Shown here: positions 1 through 12,400 of the stretch, in pieces | Position numbering within the stretch: the stretch's first letter is position 1 | How the letters are laid out: every line of letters starts with the position of its first letter | NCBI RefSeq assembly: GCF_001194135.2 | Contig: NC_068983.1 | Span: forward strand, 102,026,312 to 102,090,311 | Length of the DNA: 64,000 nucleotides | Direction of reading: 5' to 3' | Source of the DNA: Octopus bimaculoides | Taxonomy: Eukaryota | The notes under the pieces: model-generated | What the model saw: the letters and a program-made list of their open reading frames with translations, nothing else | What the model was told of the DNA's origin: nothing | The model's database searches: none | Program-made: the position numbers and the translations under genes

Positions 1-251
1 TTCGGATAAAGAAACATCACCGTAAACTGCGGATATCTAAAATGCCAAAAATGAACTTTCTCATCTTCCATTTTAAAGGGTTACAGAACTAACATAGGTT
101 ATAGGAACATAAACCTTCTTCAACGTAAAGATAGCTTAAACTGTACTCTAAATGGAGGTGTAGTCAAATCCTATTTTATGGACTCAACCATGTTCTAAAA
201 TAAGTCAAAAGGTAAGCTACTATAAATCGGCACAAACTTTCTGGACAACCC

Positions 252-303
<52 letters not shown>

Positions 304-409
304 GCGAGAGAGAGAGAGAAAGGGGGAAAAGAGAGAACTAAGACTTCAATACTTTCAATATGCTCAAAGTAGTTAGCTGTAATGACATAAATTAAATGAA
401 ACATGCACA

Positions 410-1720
410 TACATTGCACATCCAGTGAAGCATACTGACTTCATTTCTTTCAAGCCAAAACATGTCCTCAGCTGTCACAGCCCATGTTTCACTGACATGT
501 AGCACAGCTGTTCACACACAGGCATCACACAATCTGCCTTTCATTCTGAGAGAGAGGCCCTTTGTTGCCAGCAGGGATAGGAGCTCTCTAAACTTTGCCC
601 AGCCTAATCTTATTCTCACAGCTATGCTCTCGGAGCATCCACCTCCACCACTAACTTAGTCACTTAGGTAACAGCTATCTACTACCTTTAGCTTGTCCCA
701 CTGGCAGTTGATGGAGTCTGTTTTCTGTACATTCTCAGCATTTATTGTATCTGTGCATCTTCCTCATGCATAAGCTAGTTTCCCTGTTAACCTTCCCTTG
801 ATATTGCTGCACTACTTACGTGTCCAAAGCCTACACCAGGTGCATCTTATAGAGTTCCTATGTGTGCCTTTTCTACAGATTGAGCAGAACCATCTATCTG
901 AAGGGATTTGTGATTTGTCTGCCTTCCTACTTACTAAGACTTTGGTTTTTGCTAGGTTAACTCTAAGGCCCTTTAATTCTATACCTTGCTTCCATACCTG
1001 GAACTTCTTCTCTAGTTCTGGTAGTCATTTAGCAATAAGAGCAAGCTCAGCAGCATAGAGGAGCTCCCAGGGGTAGCCTGTCTTAAATTGCCTGGAGGAC
1101 TATGATGAACAAGAGGGGGATGAGCACCGATCCTTAGTGAGCCCCTACCTGTACCCTGAATTCTTTGCTGTACTCATTGCCCACACTCACCTTACTGGTA
1201 GCATCCCTGTACATAACTTGTACAGCTCTCACCAATCACTTATCTATCCCTAGTTTCAGCATTGATCACCAGACAAAGAATTGGGGCACCCTGTCAAAGG
1301 CTTTCTCCAAGTCAATAAAGACCTGGTGCAGAGATTTATCTTTGGCTAGGTATTCCTCCTGCAGCTGCCTTATGAGAAATATAGCCTCAGTGGTGCTTCT
1401 CTCTGGCACAAAACCAAGCTGCATCTCATCTAGGCTACCTCTCTCCCTAATTAGTTAGGCTATGACTTTCTCTGTAACTTTCATCACCTGATCCAACAAT
1501 TTGATACCTCTGTAATTATTTCTATCTAAGGCATCACCTTTACCTTTGTAGCAGTTGACTATGGTGCTACTACACCAGTCATTGGGTATGACTGATTTAC
1601 AATACAGGTGACTAGACCATAACCCACACCATCAGATATTTTGATCATCTCAGCAGTGATTCCTGACAGGCCGGGGGCTTTCCCTCACTTCATACTCTTA
1701 ATTGCTTTATCTACCAAGGA
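410..1720 (-). mobile_element. RTE-clade LINE ORF2 fragment (reverse transcriptase plus C-terminal region), degenerate
   Basis: Minus-strand translation gives IPNDWCSSTIVNCYKGKG, DEMQLGFVPERSTTEAIF, IDLEKAFDRVP, PWELLYA, LKGLRVNLAKTKVL, CSICRKG, IRLGWAKFRELL, with stops and frameshifts. Confidence 0.9.
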
Positions 1721-1845
1721 ACTGTTGATTTGGGTCAAGATTTGGCAGATCTTTGGCATATCTGTATTAATATATGTATTATTGCAACATTGGCATATCT
1801 GTATGTATATGTGTATTATTGTATTTTCACATATATGACTTTATA

Positions 1846-1890
<45 letters not shown>

Positions 1891-1911
1891 ATGCATGAGT
1901 GTGAGTGAATG

Positions 1912-1976
<65 letters not shown>

Positions 1977-2663
1977 TCATATATATATATATATATATGT
2001 ACATATATATAAGAAAAAAGGGATTAAAAAATCCAGGCAGATATCAAAAAAGCACTCAATTTTTAGAGAATTGGGTTAACAATATTCAACAATTAGACAC
2101 CAGTAAATGTAAGTAGAATACATATCCAAGATAAATCGTCATGTATGAGAAGTAAGTCCAAAAATCCTTTAGTAGAATTTCAAGAAATTTGACAACAAAA
2201 AATATGTATAAAGAAAATTACGTCTTTATTATAGATAGCACCTTATAAAGCTGACAATTATTTCTATTCTGTTACACACACATGCATATATATATATATA
2301 TATATATATTCTTATACTTGGGGATGGTATATATATATATATATATATATTAAAACAATCAAGCAATGTGATGTGCGACTATTATAATCAGAGGGAGCTT
2401 CAACTACGAAGAGGCATCCAGTAAGCCGGCAAATACGGTATATTGCTATTGATAATTTGGCCTTAAAAGGTGTGAAAAATATATATTGCCATGAAAAAAA
2501 GCCCTAAAAAGTTGTGATAATATTTACGATTCTGTGAATATGCTGTGGTTTCTGTGAACAATTATCAGTTCCGCAAATAACCGGGACTGAGAATGCTGAA
2601 CCACAAATAAGTGGGAGTACACTGTATATCATATTACATATATTATATTACACACACACACAT

Positions 2664-2694
<31 letters not shown>

Positions 2695-2931
2695 AATATA
2701 TATACATATACATATATTAATGTAAGAAAATGGAGTAAGATATATTGTGGATACTTATTTTATTTGTATGTATCCACAATATATTTTTTCTCCACTTTCT
2801 TATATTAAAATTAAAAGTACATTAGACAGTTTATCCCTATATATTGAGAGAATTCTCCCAATATATGATCGATTACACAAGTTGATCTCTAGATTTTATA
2901 TTCTCTAAGGAGGATATTACATCTTCAAATT

Positions 2932-2965
<34 letters not shown>

Positions 2966-3693
2966 NNNNNNNNNNNNNNNNNNNNNNNNNNNNNNNNNNN
3001 NNNNNNNNNNNNNNNNNNNNNNNNNNTGTGTGTGTGTGTGTGTGTGTGTGTGTACATACATACATATATGTTTTTTTTATTTTTCTCTGTATTCTCTGTA
3101 TATATTATATCTATAACAGTAATAATGTTTTGATTTTCATATTTCAAAATCCTTCCTGATGGAATGTTTTACTCATCTCATTCAAATTAATTACTTGTGT
3201 ATTAATTAATTAAATATTAATTACAAAATGATTGCATGTTTGATGATTGCACTTAAACCATGGAAACAGCTGTAGAACATAACAATGAAATCTTGAAATA
3301 TCATTTGAATCTTTTTTTATTCTTCCAATTACTTTGTCTGAACATTTATTTTAACCGCTTTTATTACTATGACAAATTCAATGCTATGAATATTGCACTG
3401 AAGTAATATTATATCGTAGTTCAATGATATAAGGAATTAAGCTCTTAAATTTTAAGAATTTTACTTCGCAGCAGTAACAGTTTGATCAAAAGATCAGAAT
3501 AGTTAGCATCTCATATGCACGGGGTTAAATATCTCTTATGTAAATGCCAACTTTTTTGAATTGCATCATGGTTTGGGGAGAAAAAAATCTTGGTTTTGAA
3601 ATATTTAATTATTATATGTGTGTGTGTATGAGTATATGTTTGAATATATATATATATATATAATTATATGCATGTTTATATATATATACATAC

Positions 3694-3724
<31 letters not shown>

Positions 3725-3787
3725 TATATATATATATACACACACACATATATATATATATACACATATATATATATATATATACAT

Positions 3788-3818
<31 letters not shown>

Positions 3819-4519
3819 CATATATATACATACANNNNNNNNNNNNNNNNNNNNNNNNNNNNNNNNNNNNNNNNNNNNNNNNNNNNNNNNNNNNNNNNNN
3901 NNNNNNNNNNNNNNNNNNNNNNNNNNNNNNNNNNNNNNNNNNNNNNNNNNNNNNNNNNNNNNNNNNNNNNNNNNNNNNNNNNNNNNNNNNNNNNNNNNNN
4001 NNNNNNNNNNNNNNNNNNNNNNNNNNNNNNNNNNNNNNNNNNNNNNNNNNNNNNNNNNNNNNNNNNNNNNNNNNNNNNNNNNNNNNNNNNNNNNNNNNNN
4101 NNNNNNNNNNNNNNNNNNNNNNNNNNNNNNNNNNNNNNNNNNNNNNNNNNNNNNNNNNNNNNNNNNNNNNNNNNNNNNNNNNNNNNNNNNNNNNNNNNNN
4201 NNNNNNNNNNNNNNNNNNNNNNNNNNNNNNNNNNNNNNNNNNNNNNNNNNNNNNNNNNNNNNNNNNNNNNNNNNNNNNNNNNNNNNNNNNNNNNNNNNNN
4301 NNNNNNNNNNNNNNNNNNNNNNNNNNNNNNNNNNNNNNNNNNNNNNNNNNNNNNNNNNNNNNNNNNNNNNNNNNNNNNNNNNNNNNNNNNNNNNNNNNNN
4401 NNNNNNNNNNNNNNNNNNNNNNNNNNNNNNNNNNNNNNNNNNNNNNNNNNNNNNNNNNNNNNNNNNNNNNNNNNNNTATATATACATATATATATATATA
4501 CACATATATATATATACAT

Positions 4520-4560
<41 letters not shown>

Positions 4561-6415
4561 AAGAAAATACAGAAGGATCAGTTAATTATGATTTTATTGA
4601 ACATATTCCCTTCTCAGATTCACACAATTATTGCAACAGTCCTTAAGTTTTTCTATGCCCTTTAAAAGAACTCAGAAAGTTAGGCCTCCAATCAGGCCTT
4701 TCATGACACCCTTAAAATCAGGAACTTCTCAGCACCCACTCATATGCATGTGTGAACATGTGCGCATATATATGTATATATGAATGCATACACAATGTGC
4801 ACACACACACACACACAGAGGGGACACACACACACACACACATTTGAATTATGCAATAGAAGCAGCTCTATAATAAAAATATTGTCAATACAATATGTGT
4901 GTATGTGTGTGTGCGTGCATTCATGCGTACATGCTTGTGCATGTTCTTAAAATGCCAGAAGCTGTTGCTTTTCAACCAGGAAAATCCCTTTCAAGACAGA
5001 GTGTTAAAAAACAATATACTTCAGACCTAGGTGAAATGAAATCACCTCAGAAGTGATCATGAGAGCAAAGATACATATTTTGCAGTGGTTGTGACCTATC
5101 AATATCGCATACTTGTGCCACTTCCAGGATAATTGATTCACCTATGTTTGAAGTACATTGCATTTTTTAACACCATATGTCTTTAAAGAGATTTTTCATG
5201 GATGAAAAACCATAGCTTCTGGCATGTAAACAACATACATATATTAATTTCAGCTTCTTTGTAAGAGCAAGACATCTTTTATGAAAATGTTTCTCTTGTT
5301 AATTAGATAAAATATACTTTATTATTAGTTTTTAAATCTAATATAGTTAGATTCCAACTATATTTACTCTCTTAATATTCATAGACATATTGTTTCAGTA
5401 TGATTTCATTTCTTTGATATGAATTAATCAGGGGTGTATTAATTATATTATATTTACTCAGAATTGAAAAATTAAAAGTGAAAGCTGATAGAGATTAAAA
5501 TAATTGATACTAATATTAGATAAAGATTAATATGGTTATTACTCATTTCATATTCAATAGAATAAGAGGTAAATTTAAATTCACATACAAATTTTGAAAT
5601 TCTTTAAAATAATTTCTATATATCTTGCTCAGCTGATGTTGGGTAGCAGGTCATTCTTTAGTAATGCTGCGTTCTTTGGAGGTTTTCTTCATTTCATTTC
5701 ATTCTGTGTAGGTGCAAAAAAAACTATTCCCTTTCCTCAGTCTTGAGGTTTCACTGGCTTCTTTGATAGCTAAGTGTAGCCTGCAGTTTTTGGGGTAGAG
5801 TGGCTCTTGTTGATGATGCTTCATGGATTACAAAATCCATGGTCCTGAGTTCTGAAATGAATTGGGAGAAGGATAGGATAGGGAGTTTCTCTCTATCAAT
5901 CTGAATAAGCACACATAGAATACATCCCAATCCTTGATCCTTGAGTTTCCAGAAAAATAAGGACAAAACTTTTCCCTGTAACTTAATATGAATGAGTGCA
6001 TATGTGTCTAATATTATCTTTTGAATGTATTCACAGTATGTCATATGTGATTCTCTTCCTTATTCTACATTGTCACTTGCCTCAGCCACTGAAAATAAAC
6101 CTATCTCGTGCATTGAACACACACAGTTTCATGCATTCACCAAATATTGTTTCAACAACCTTGCTTGTACAACATATGCATGAAATTCTAATTAACAATA
6201 TAGTGAATCATCAAATAATTTCTAATAACTACGTACTCTACACCATGTATTAAGTATTCTTTTCATTCCTATGTAAACATATATACATATGTATGTGTGA
6301 GTGTGAGTGTGTGTGTATCAAACATAAATGCAGAAATATAGATAAACATATAAATAAGTCTATATTATTAATGTATTTCAAACTGAATTCAGTTATTACA
6401 TGCACACACACATTC

Positions 6416-6461
<46 letters not shown>

Positions 6462-6532
6462 CATTATAAATATACAGGGATTAGCAATTGAGTTGCTTCT
6501 CCAACATACTGAAAATTTAGAAATAGCAGTCA

Positions 6533-6646
6533 AAGAACTACTGATTCCAAACTACAAATTTTTCTCTAAAGCGGATGGCGATATTTATGGCACACATAGA
6601 ACAAAAAATTTAGAGAAAAATTTGTAGTTTGGAATCAGTAGTTCTT
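6533..6646. repeat. Perfect 38-bp inverted repeat with 38-nt spacer, abutting a gap
   Basis: aagaactactgattccaaactacaaatttttctctaaa / tttagagaaaaatttgtagtttggaatcagtagttctt. Confidence 0.85.
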
Positions 6647-8169
6647 NNNNNNNNNNNNNNNNNNNNNNNNNNNNNNNNNNNNNNNNNNNNNNNNNNNNNN
6701 NNNNNNNNNNNNNNNNNNNNNNNNNNNNNNNNNNNNNNNNNNNNNNNNNNNNNNNNNNNNNNNNNNNNNNNNNNNNNNNNNNNNNNNNNNNNNNNNNNNN
6801 NNNNNNNNNNNNNNNNNNNNNNNNNNNNNNNNNNNNNNNNNNNNNNNNNNNNNNNNNNNNNNNNNNNNNNNNNNNNNNNNNNNNNNNNNNNNNNNNNNNN
6901 NNNNNNNNNNNNNNNNNNNNNNNNNNNNNNNNNNNNNNNNNNNNNNNNNNNNNNNNNNNNNNNNNNNNNNNNNNNNNNNNNNNNNNNNNNNNNNNNNNNN
7001 NNNNNNATATATATATAGTGTATACAGAGTTTAGTGGTTATAATAACCAACTAAGGGATAAAATATCCGTATACACTGTTGGTATCCATTACCTGTGTTA
7101 TCCCTGGGCATTGGTTGCAGGCACACTATGTATGTGGAGTGCAGGTAACAACAGGATAAACAAGAGTTTAGAAGGAAACAAATACAAATAATCAGAAAAT
7201 AGAGAAAACCTCAGATTAACAAACATGTAGATTGGACCACATTTATAGCTTCATCAATACACACACCCACACCCACACACATGCGTGCATGCACACACAC
7301 ACACGCACACACAACCCTATATGTATCGAGCAGATGTGATAACATACTATATATGAACATAGTAACAATACTCAAAGCAACTAGTGAGCTATATATGTAA
7401 TTTTTTTTTCATTTGAGATGTTACCTTCTTTATATGATCATATATTGAGAAATTATTTATTCCAAGTTATGGAAATAAGACCAAAATAAGCCTAACTATT
7501 GAAATATATGTGTCACATAAATCAAAAAGAATAAAGCCATAAAATTCTTCAGTAAACCATTTTACAGAGCACACTGAGAAAACTTAATATAAGCTTTTTG
7601 CTTCCATTTACATAAAATCGTACAATAACCTTTTGCATACTAAACTTAGTTATTCATATCACATCAAACCAGAATCCTCAGAAATTGAGTAATTTAGTTT
7701 TCATCCAAACCTCAGATTTTTGTTAGATGTATCTCTTTCTATAGAAAGCATTTCTCTTTGTGGTCTTCATACTTGCTATTGTACAGAAACTTATAATCTT
7801 TAGTGTTTCTAAAGAAACCACAAAAGAAATATCAGCGATTTCTTTCAGTTTAGATCAGTTGAATCGTAAGAACACATTCATGTTTTTGTCACACAAAATA
7901 AATATAAACAGACACAAAATAAGATTATTGAATTACTTGTTAGAATCTAGCTTGTACAAACATGACAATAAATAATATTAATGATATTCTACTGGAAAAC
8001 TAAAATTAAGAGGTTGCTCGTGTTGACAGTGTCTTTCCAAAAAATGACAGCTTTATGGTTTTGTGAAAATTTGTGTGATTTAAAAAAAAAATTTCCAGTG
8101 TTAAATTACAAGATCTAGCAGAATAGCATTCTTCTGTGAAATATGTTATCATTTTTATATAGATCCCCC

Positions 8170-8700
8170 CACCCCGATCCCTTATCTGGTGGTCAATGAG
8201 GAAACTAGAGGTAGAAGAATGGTTAGTGAGAGCTGTGCGAGCCATGTACGGAGATGTTGTCAGTAAGGTGAGAGTTAGCAACGAATATAGTGAAGAATTC
8301 TGGGTAGAGGTAGGGGTCCACCAAGGCTCAGTCCTCAGCCCCCTCCTATTTATCATAATCCTCCAGGCAATAACACAGGAATTGAAGACAGGATGCCCCT
8401 GGGAGCTCCTCTATGCTGATGACCTTGCTCTAATTGCTGAGTCACTAGGAGAAGTTTCAGGTGTGGAAGCAAGGACTAGAATTGAAAGGCCTTAGAGTCA
8501 ACCTAGCTAAAACCAAAGTCCTAATAAGTAGGAAGGTAGACGAAACACAAACCCCTTCAGGTAGATGGCCCTGCTCAATCTGTAGAAAAGGCGTAGGTAG
8601 AAACTCTATAAGATGTACCCAGTGTAAGCTATGGACACAAGAGGTGCAGCAATATCAAAGGAAGGTTAACTAGGAAGTTAGTTTTTGTATGTGGCAGATG
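8170..8700 (+). mobile_element. RTE-clade LINE RT fragment with YADD motif and downstream Cys-rich finger
   Basis: ORFs 8196-8495 (GVHQGSVLSPLLF...PWELLYADDLALIAE) and 8461-8673 (GLRVNLAKTKVL...WPCSICRKGVGRNSIRCTQCKLW), joined by a frameshift; same family as 410-1720. Confidence 0.9.
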
Positions 8701-8719
8701 GAATCATCTGCAAAGATTT

Positions 8720-9190
8720 TCAATGTAGAATGTTTGATGACGTCTACTATGTCATCGATGCTGAAGATGAACTAGGAAGAAAACATAGAGAAGAGGTATG
8801 TCAAGAAAGAATCATCTTTGCCTGAAGGATTTATCCAACTCTGCAATTGCTTTAGTTTCAGCACACAATCTCAGATCAAAATACTTGCCATACAAGTACA
8901 TCTCTGTAATTCCAATAGCTTCAGCCAGGCTACCAGAATTCTGAGGAAAACTGTTACTTGTTGCTTGAGAATAACAACTATGCAATATCTTCACATTATA
9001 AAACATTGCATATCACTGGGAATTTACCTGAAGAGGACATATTGTGTAAATTTCGAAAAATTTCATACATAGTAGAATTTTTTGTTAGTGAACAGGTTGC
9101 AGTTTCAAGCAATGAAAATTTCAACACCATATTACAAGTAAATGTTTAAGTGAAGTTGGTGGTCTTTGTGTGTTCCTGAATGGCTATCTT
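8720..9190 (+). mobile_element. Highly decayed Penelope-like remnant (GIY-YIG-like relic plus pLTR segment)
   Basis: DVYYVI... followed by a frameshifted YIGETGMS-like stretch; 9084-9190 aligns by eye with one arm of the 29886-30163 palindrome. Confidence 0.45.
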
Positions 9191-9308
9191 ATGTCTTCTG
9201 CACTGCAATCTCTGTTTTTTTTTTAAATGGAAGTAGTACTACATGCCCTTGAAAGAAGAGTTGGAGGGAGACCTGAATGACACAGGGCAGAATGTCTTCT
9301 CCCTTGAC

Positions 9309-9402
9309 TAAGGAAAACTGTATGAAAGTGTGTATCTGACTAAGGAAAAGTGTAAGAAAGTGTGTATCTGATTAAGGAAAAGTGTATGAAAGTGTGACTG
9401 AT
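9309..9402. repeat. 32-bp minisatellite, ~3 units
   Basis: taaggaaaa(c/g)tgta(t/a)gaaagtgtgtatctga(c/t) repeated. Confidence 0.9.
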
Positions 9403-12400
9403 AATGAGAAGGTAGGCAATGGTCCAGTGATACATGCCTGCCTACAGGTTGATGCCGCAATACTTGGTTAGGAAAAATGCAAAAGTTGAAGGCCAGAAAC
9501 ATTGGTGATGAGATGGAACTTTGTGTTTTTTTTTTGGGGGGGGGGCACATTTGCAGCACTGTATGGGTAGGTGATAAGTACAGAGGTAACCTGCAATATG
9601 TGATCAAGTGGTGTCTACAAGAACTTCAAGATCCTCATAACATTTGAAGAATGCAAGGCCTATCTCAGAGTTATATTCAGTTGTGAGTGAGGATGGGAGG
9701 CCAGTTAGACAAATGATGTTGGGTAGGAGGGCAAAATATACACATCTGGTAGTAAAGGCCACCAAATGGCCTTTTAAACAGAAGAAGGGAAAGTGCACAG
9801 GAGAAGGATGTAACAACAGATAGCAGCTACAGAATGAGGCTTCCTGGAGTGAAAACAGCAGGGAAGAAAACCACGGCTGTTGCTGCTGCCTCAGTTTCAA
9901 TAATATTGCTTGTTAGTATTCTAAAGATAGCCAGAAGAGAAACAAAGATGAATGGTATCAGCTTTTCCACAACATCAGTGGTGGGAGCCGATGAGCTGGG
10001 AAATCAAGACAAAAAGTTTCTCTTCCCCTCAGTACAAAGCTGGCCAGAGACTCCAAGTAACTCTTCAAACCCATCACCTCATAGTGACAAGATCATAGAC
10101 CTTGGAAAGGAATAGGAGGAGAATAGAAAAAGGAAGAAGGGGCAAGCAAAAAAACATAAAGTCACTGTTGGTCCTCTAGTTAATGAGAACAACTCTCTAC
10201 ATGATGATACAAAATTCATGTGCAAGATACTGCAGAGACAATACTGCTCTATTTTCAGTAACACTAATGTGGTTGATCTGGCTAGTATCAGTGATGTAAA
10301 TCCTCAACTAGCTGTATCTAGCATAACTTTTGGTGCTCCTGATATCCTAACAGAAATAAATAAGACCAAACATAACATATGTTCTTTCTGTTTTTGTTGT
10401 TATCATTATCGTCGTCGTCGTCGTCGTCGTCGCCGTCATCATCATCATCATCATCATCATTATTATTATTATTATGAAGGTAGTAAATTGGAAGAATCAA
10501 TAAATCATTAGACAAAATGCCTAGCAGTATTTGTCCCACCTCTTTACATTCCAGTTTCAAATTCTGCTGAGGTCAGTTATGCCTTTCATCCTTCCAGGAT
10601 TGATAAAAATAAGGTACCAGTCAACTAGTGGGTTTCTTTTTCCCACCAAATTTCTAGTCTTGTGCATAATATGAAAGAAATTATTATTATCATTATTATT
10701 CTAATAATACAATCTTTTAATAAATCTAATCATTAATTACCAGAAAGTAAGTCTAATATTAAACATACTAATCAAATTTAACAATTTATTAGCGAGCTGT
10801 TCAGCTATTATAAAAACACGCACATACAAACAAACACACACAGATATATACTTCTTAAACTCATCCACATACAAAGAAATAAAAGCAATTTTCAAATTAA
10901 TTTTTTTTACTGTCAATTGTTCATTCATAACTGAAATGTAATTAATGATGTTTGATTTTATATGAATTTGCTGGAAGGAAGTATGTGGACTGAAAGACTA
11001 TTGTCTGAATTTGTGGTTGTGTTGTTGTCTATATTAATGCCGTTGTTGTTATTTCTGTTGTCAACAGAATTACTTTCTTTCTAGAATACTGTGAAAATTT
11101 TCTTGAATATTGTGAAAAATACTTTCATGAAAGACCACTAAGTCTGTTGGTGACTTTCAGACTAATGATGATGCTTCATTAGCATTTGTCTTCTACTGAT
11201 CTGATTGAAACTGGAAGTAAATGCTAATTAAAACTGTAAAGATATCAGACAACAAGCTACTTGTCATGATACTAGAATTATTAGTTTTAAACAGTTCAGT
11301 ATATTGAATTACAAATTTAAATAACACACAGATATAATTGGAAGTGATGTCATTGATTCCTTATCTAAGTGCAAGATCTTGAATCATAGAAGAGCTATTA
11401 ATACCTTTTCTTTATCAAAAATGAAGATTAACTGGTTAAGGACTAGAAAATAAAGCTAGATAGTAGACATGACTTACAAAGTGCTTATATGTATACATCA
11501 TTTTTCAAATTTAGGAATGGATACCATAGGTTTCTTTTTTTTAATGAGACAAAGGAATCAAAGGTTGTTGAGAAAAAAGAAATGAGAGGTTGAGACTTGT
11601 ATGGATTTCCAAGAGGCATTTGCAATGTAGGATTTTACATATATATTTTAGCCCCACAAATCCACCCCAAAAAGGTGAAAGTAAAAAACCCTAGAGGAAT
11701 GAAATACATATTGTAATGCAGTAGTCCTGTAGACTATTGTCTCAGCCAGTTTTAGTTCTGTTGATGTAGAGATATTAAGAAGTGTAAAAAAAAAATAATA
11801 AAATTTTCAAAGCTGAAGAAAGAAAATGAAATATCTTTAATATAGGTATGAGCTGACAGAATCATGAGCATGCTGGGCAAAATGCTTAGAGGCATTTCGT
11901 CCATCTTTACATTCTGTGTTCAAATTCTGCTGAGGTCAACTTTGCCATTCATCCTTTTGGAGTTGATAAAATGTGTATCAGTTAAGCATTGACATCAGTG
12001 TAATCAACTAACTCTAACCCTTCCCCGAACTTGCTGGCCTTGTGCCAAAATTTGAAATCAAAATAGGTAGTGCTAAGTAAACTGTGGCAAAGGTTGAATT
12101 ATCATCATCATCATCATCATAGTTTAACATCCACCTTCCATGCTAGCATCGGCGGAATGGTTTCACAAGAGGCGGCCAAGCAGAAGCCTGCACCAGACTT
12201 TTGTGGCTGTTTTGGCAGGATTTTTACAGCTGGATGCCCTTCCTAACACCAACCAATCAGCAGAGTGGACTTGGTGCTTTTTACGTGGTGCAAGTGAAGT
12301 CAGTTTTGACAAGGTTTTTACAGCTGGATGTCCTTCCAAACACCAACCACTTTTGAAGGCAGTGATCTTGTGTTGGATGATGAAAGGTTATAGTGAGACA

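Noticed and set aside
5751-5950. Possible minus-strand exon (acceptor ttattcag|ATTGAT)
   Set aside because: No protein family recognised and no donor; insufficient support.
8810-9150. Possible piggyBac transposase relic (LHITGN...KFRK)
   Set aside because: The downstream DNA matches the PLE-type palindrome arm and the upstream relic fits GIY-YIG better; no TTAA/TIR support.
9560-10330. Possible gag/zinc-knuckle relic (…GSKGHQMAF…)
   Set aside because: Too degenerate; the CCHC cysteines are absent.
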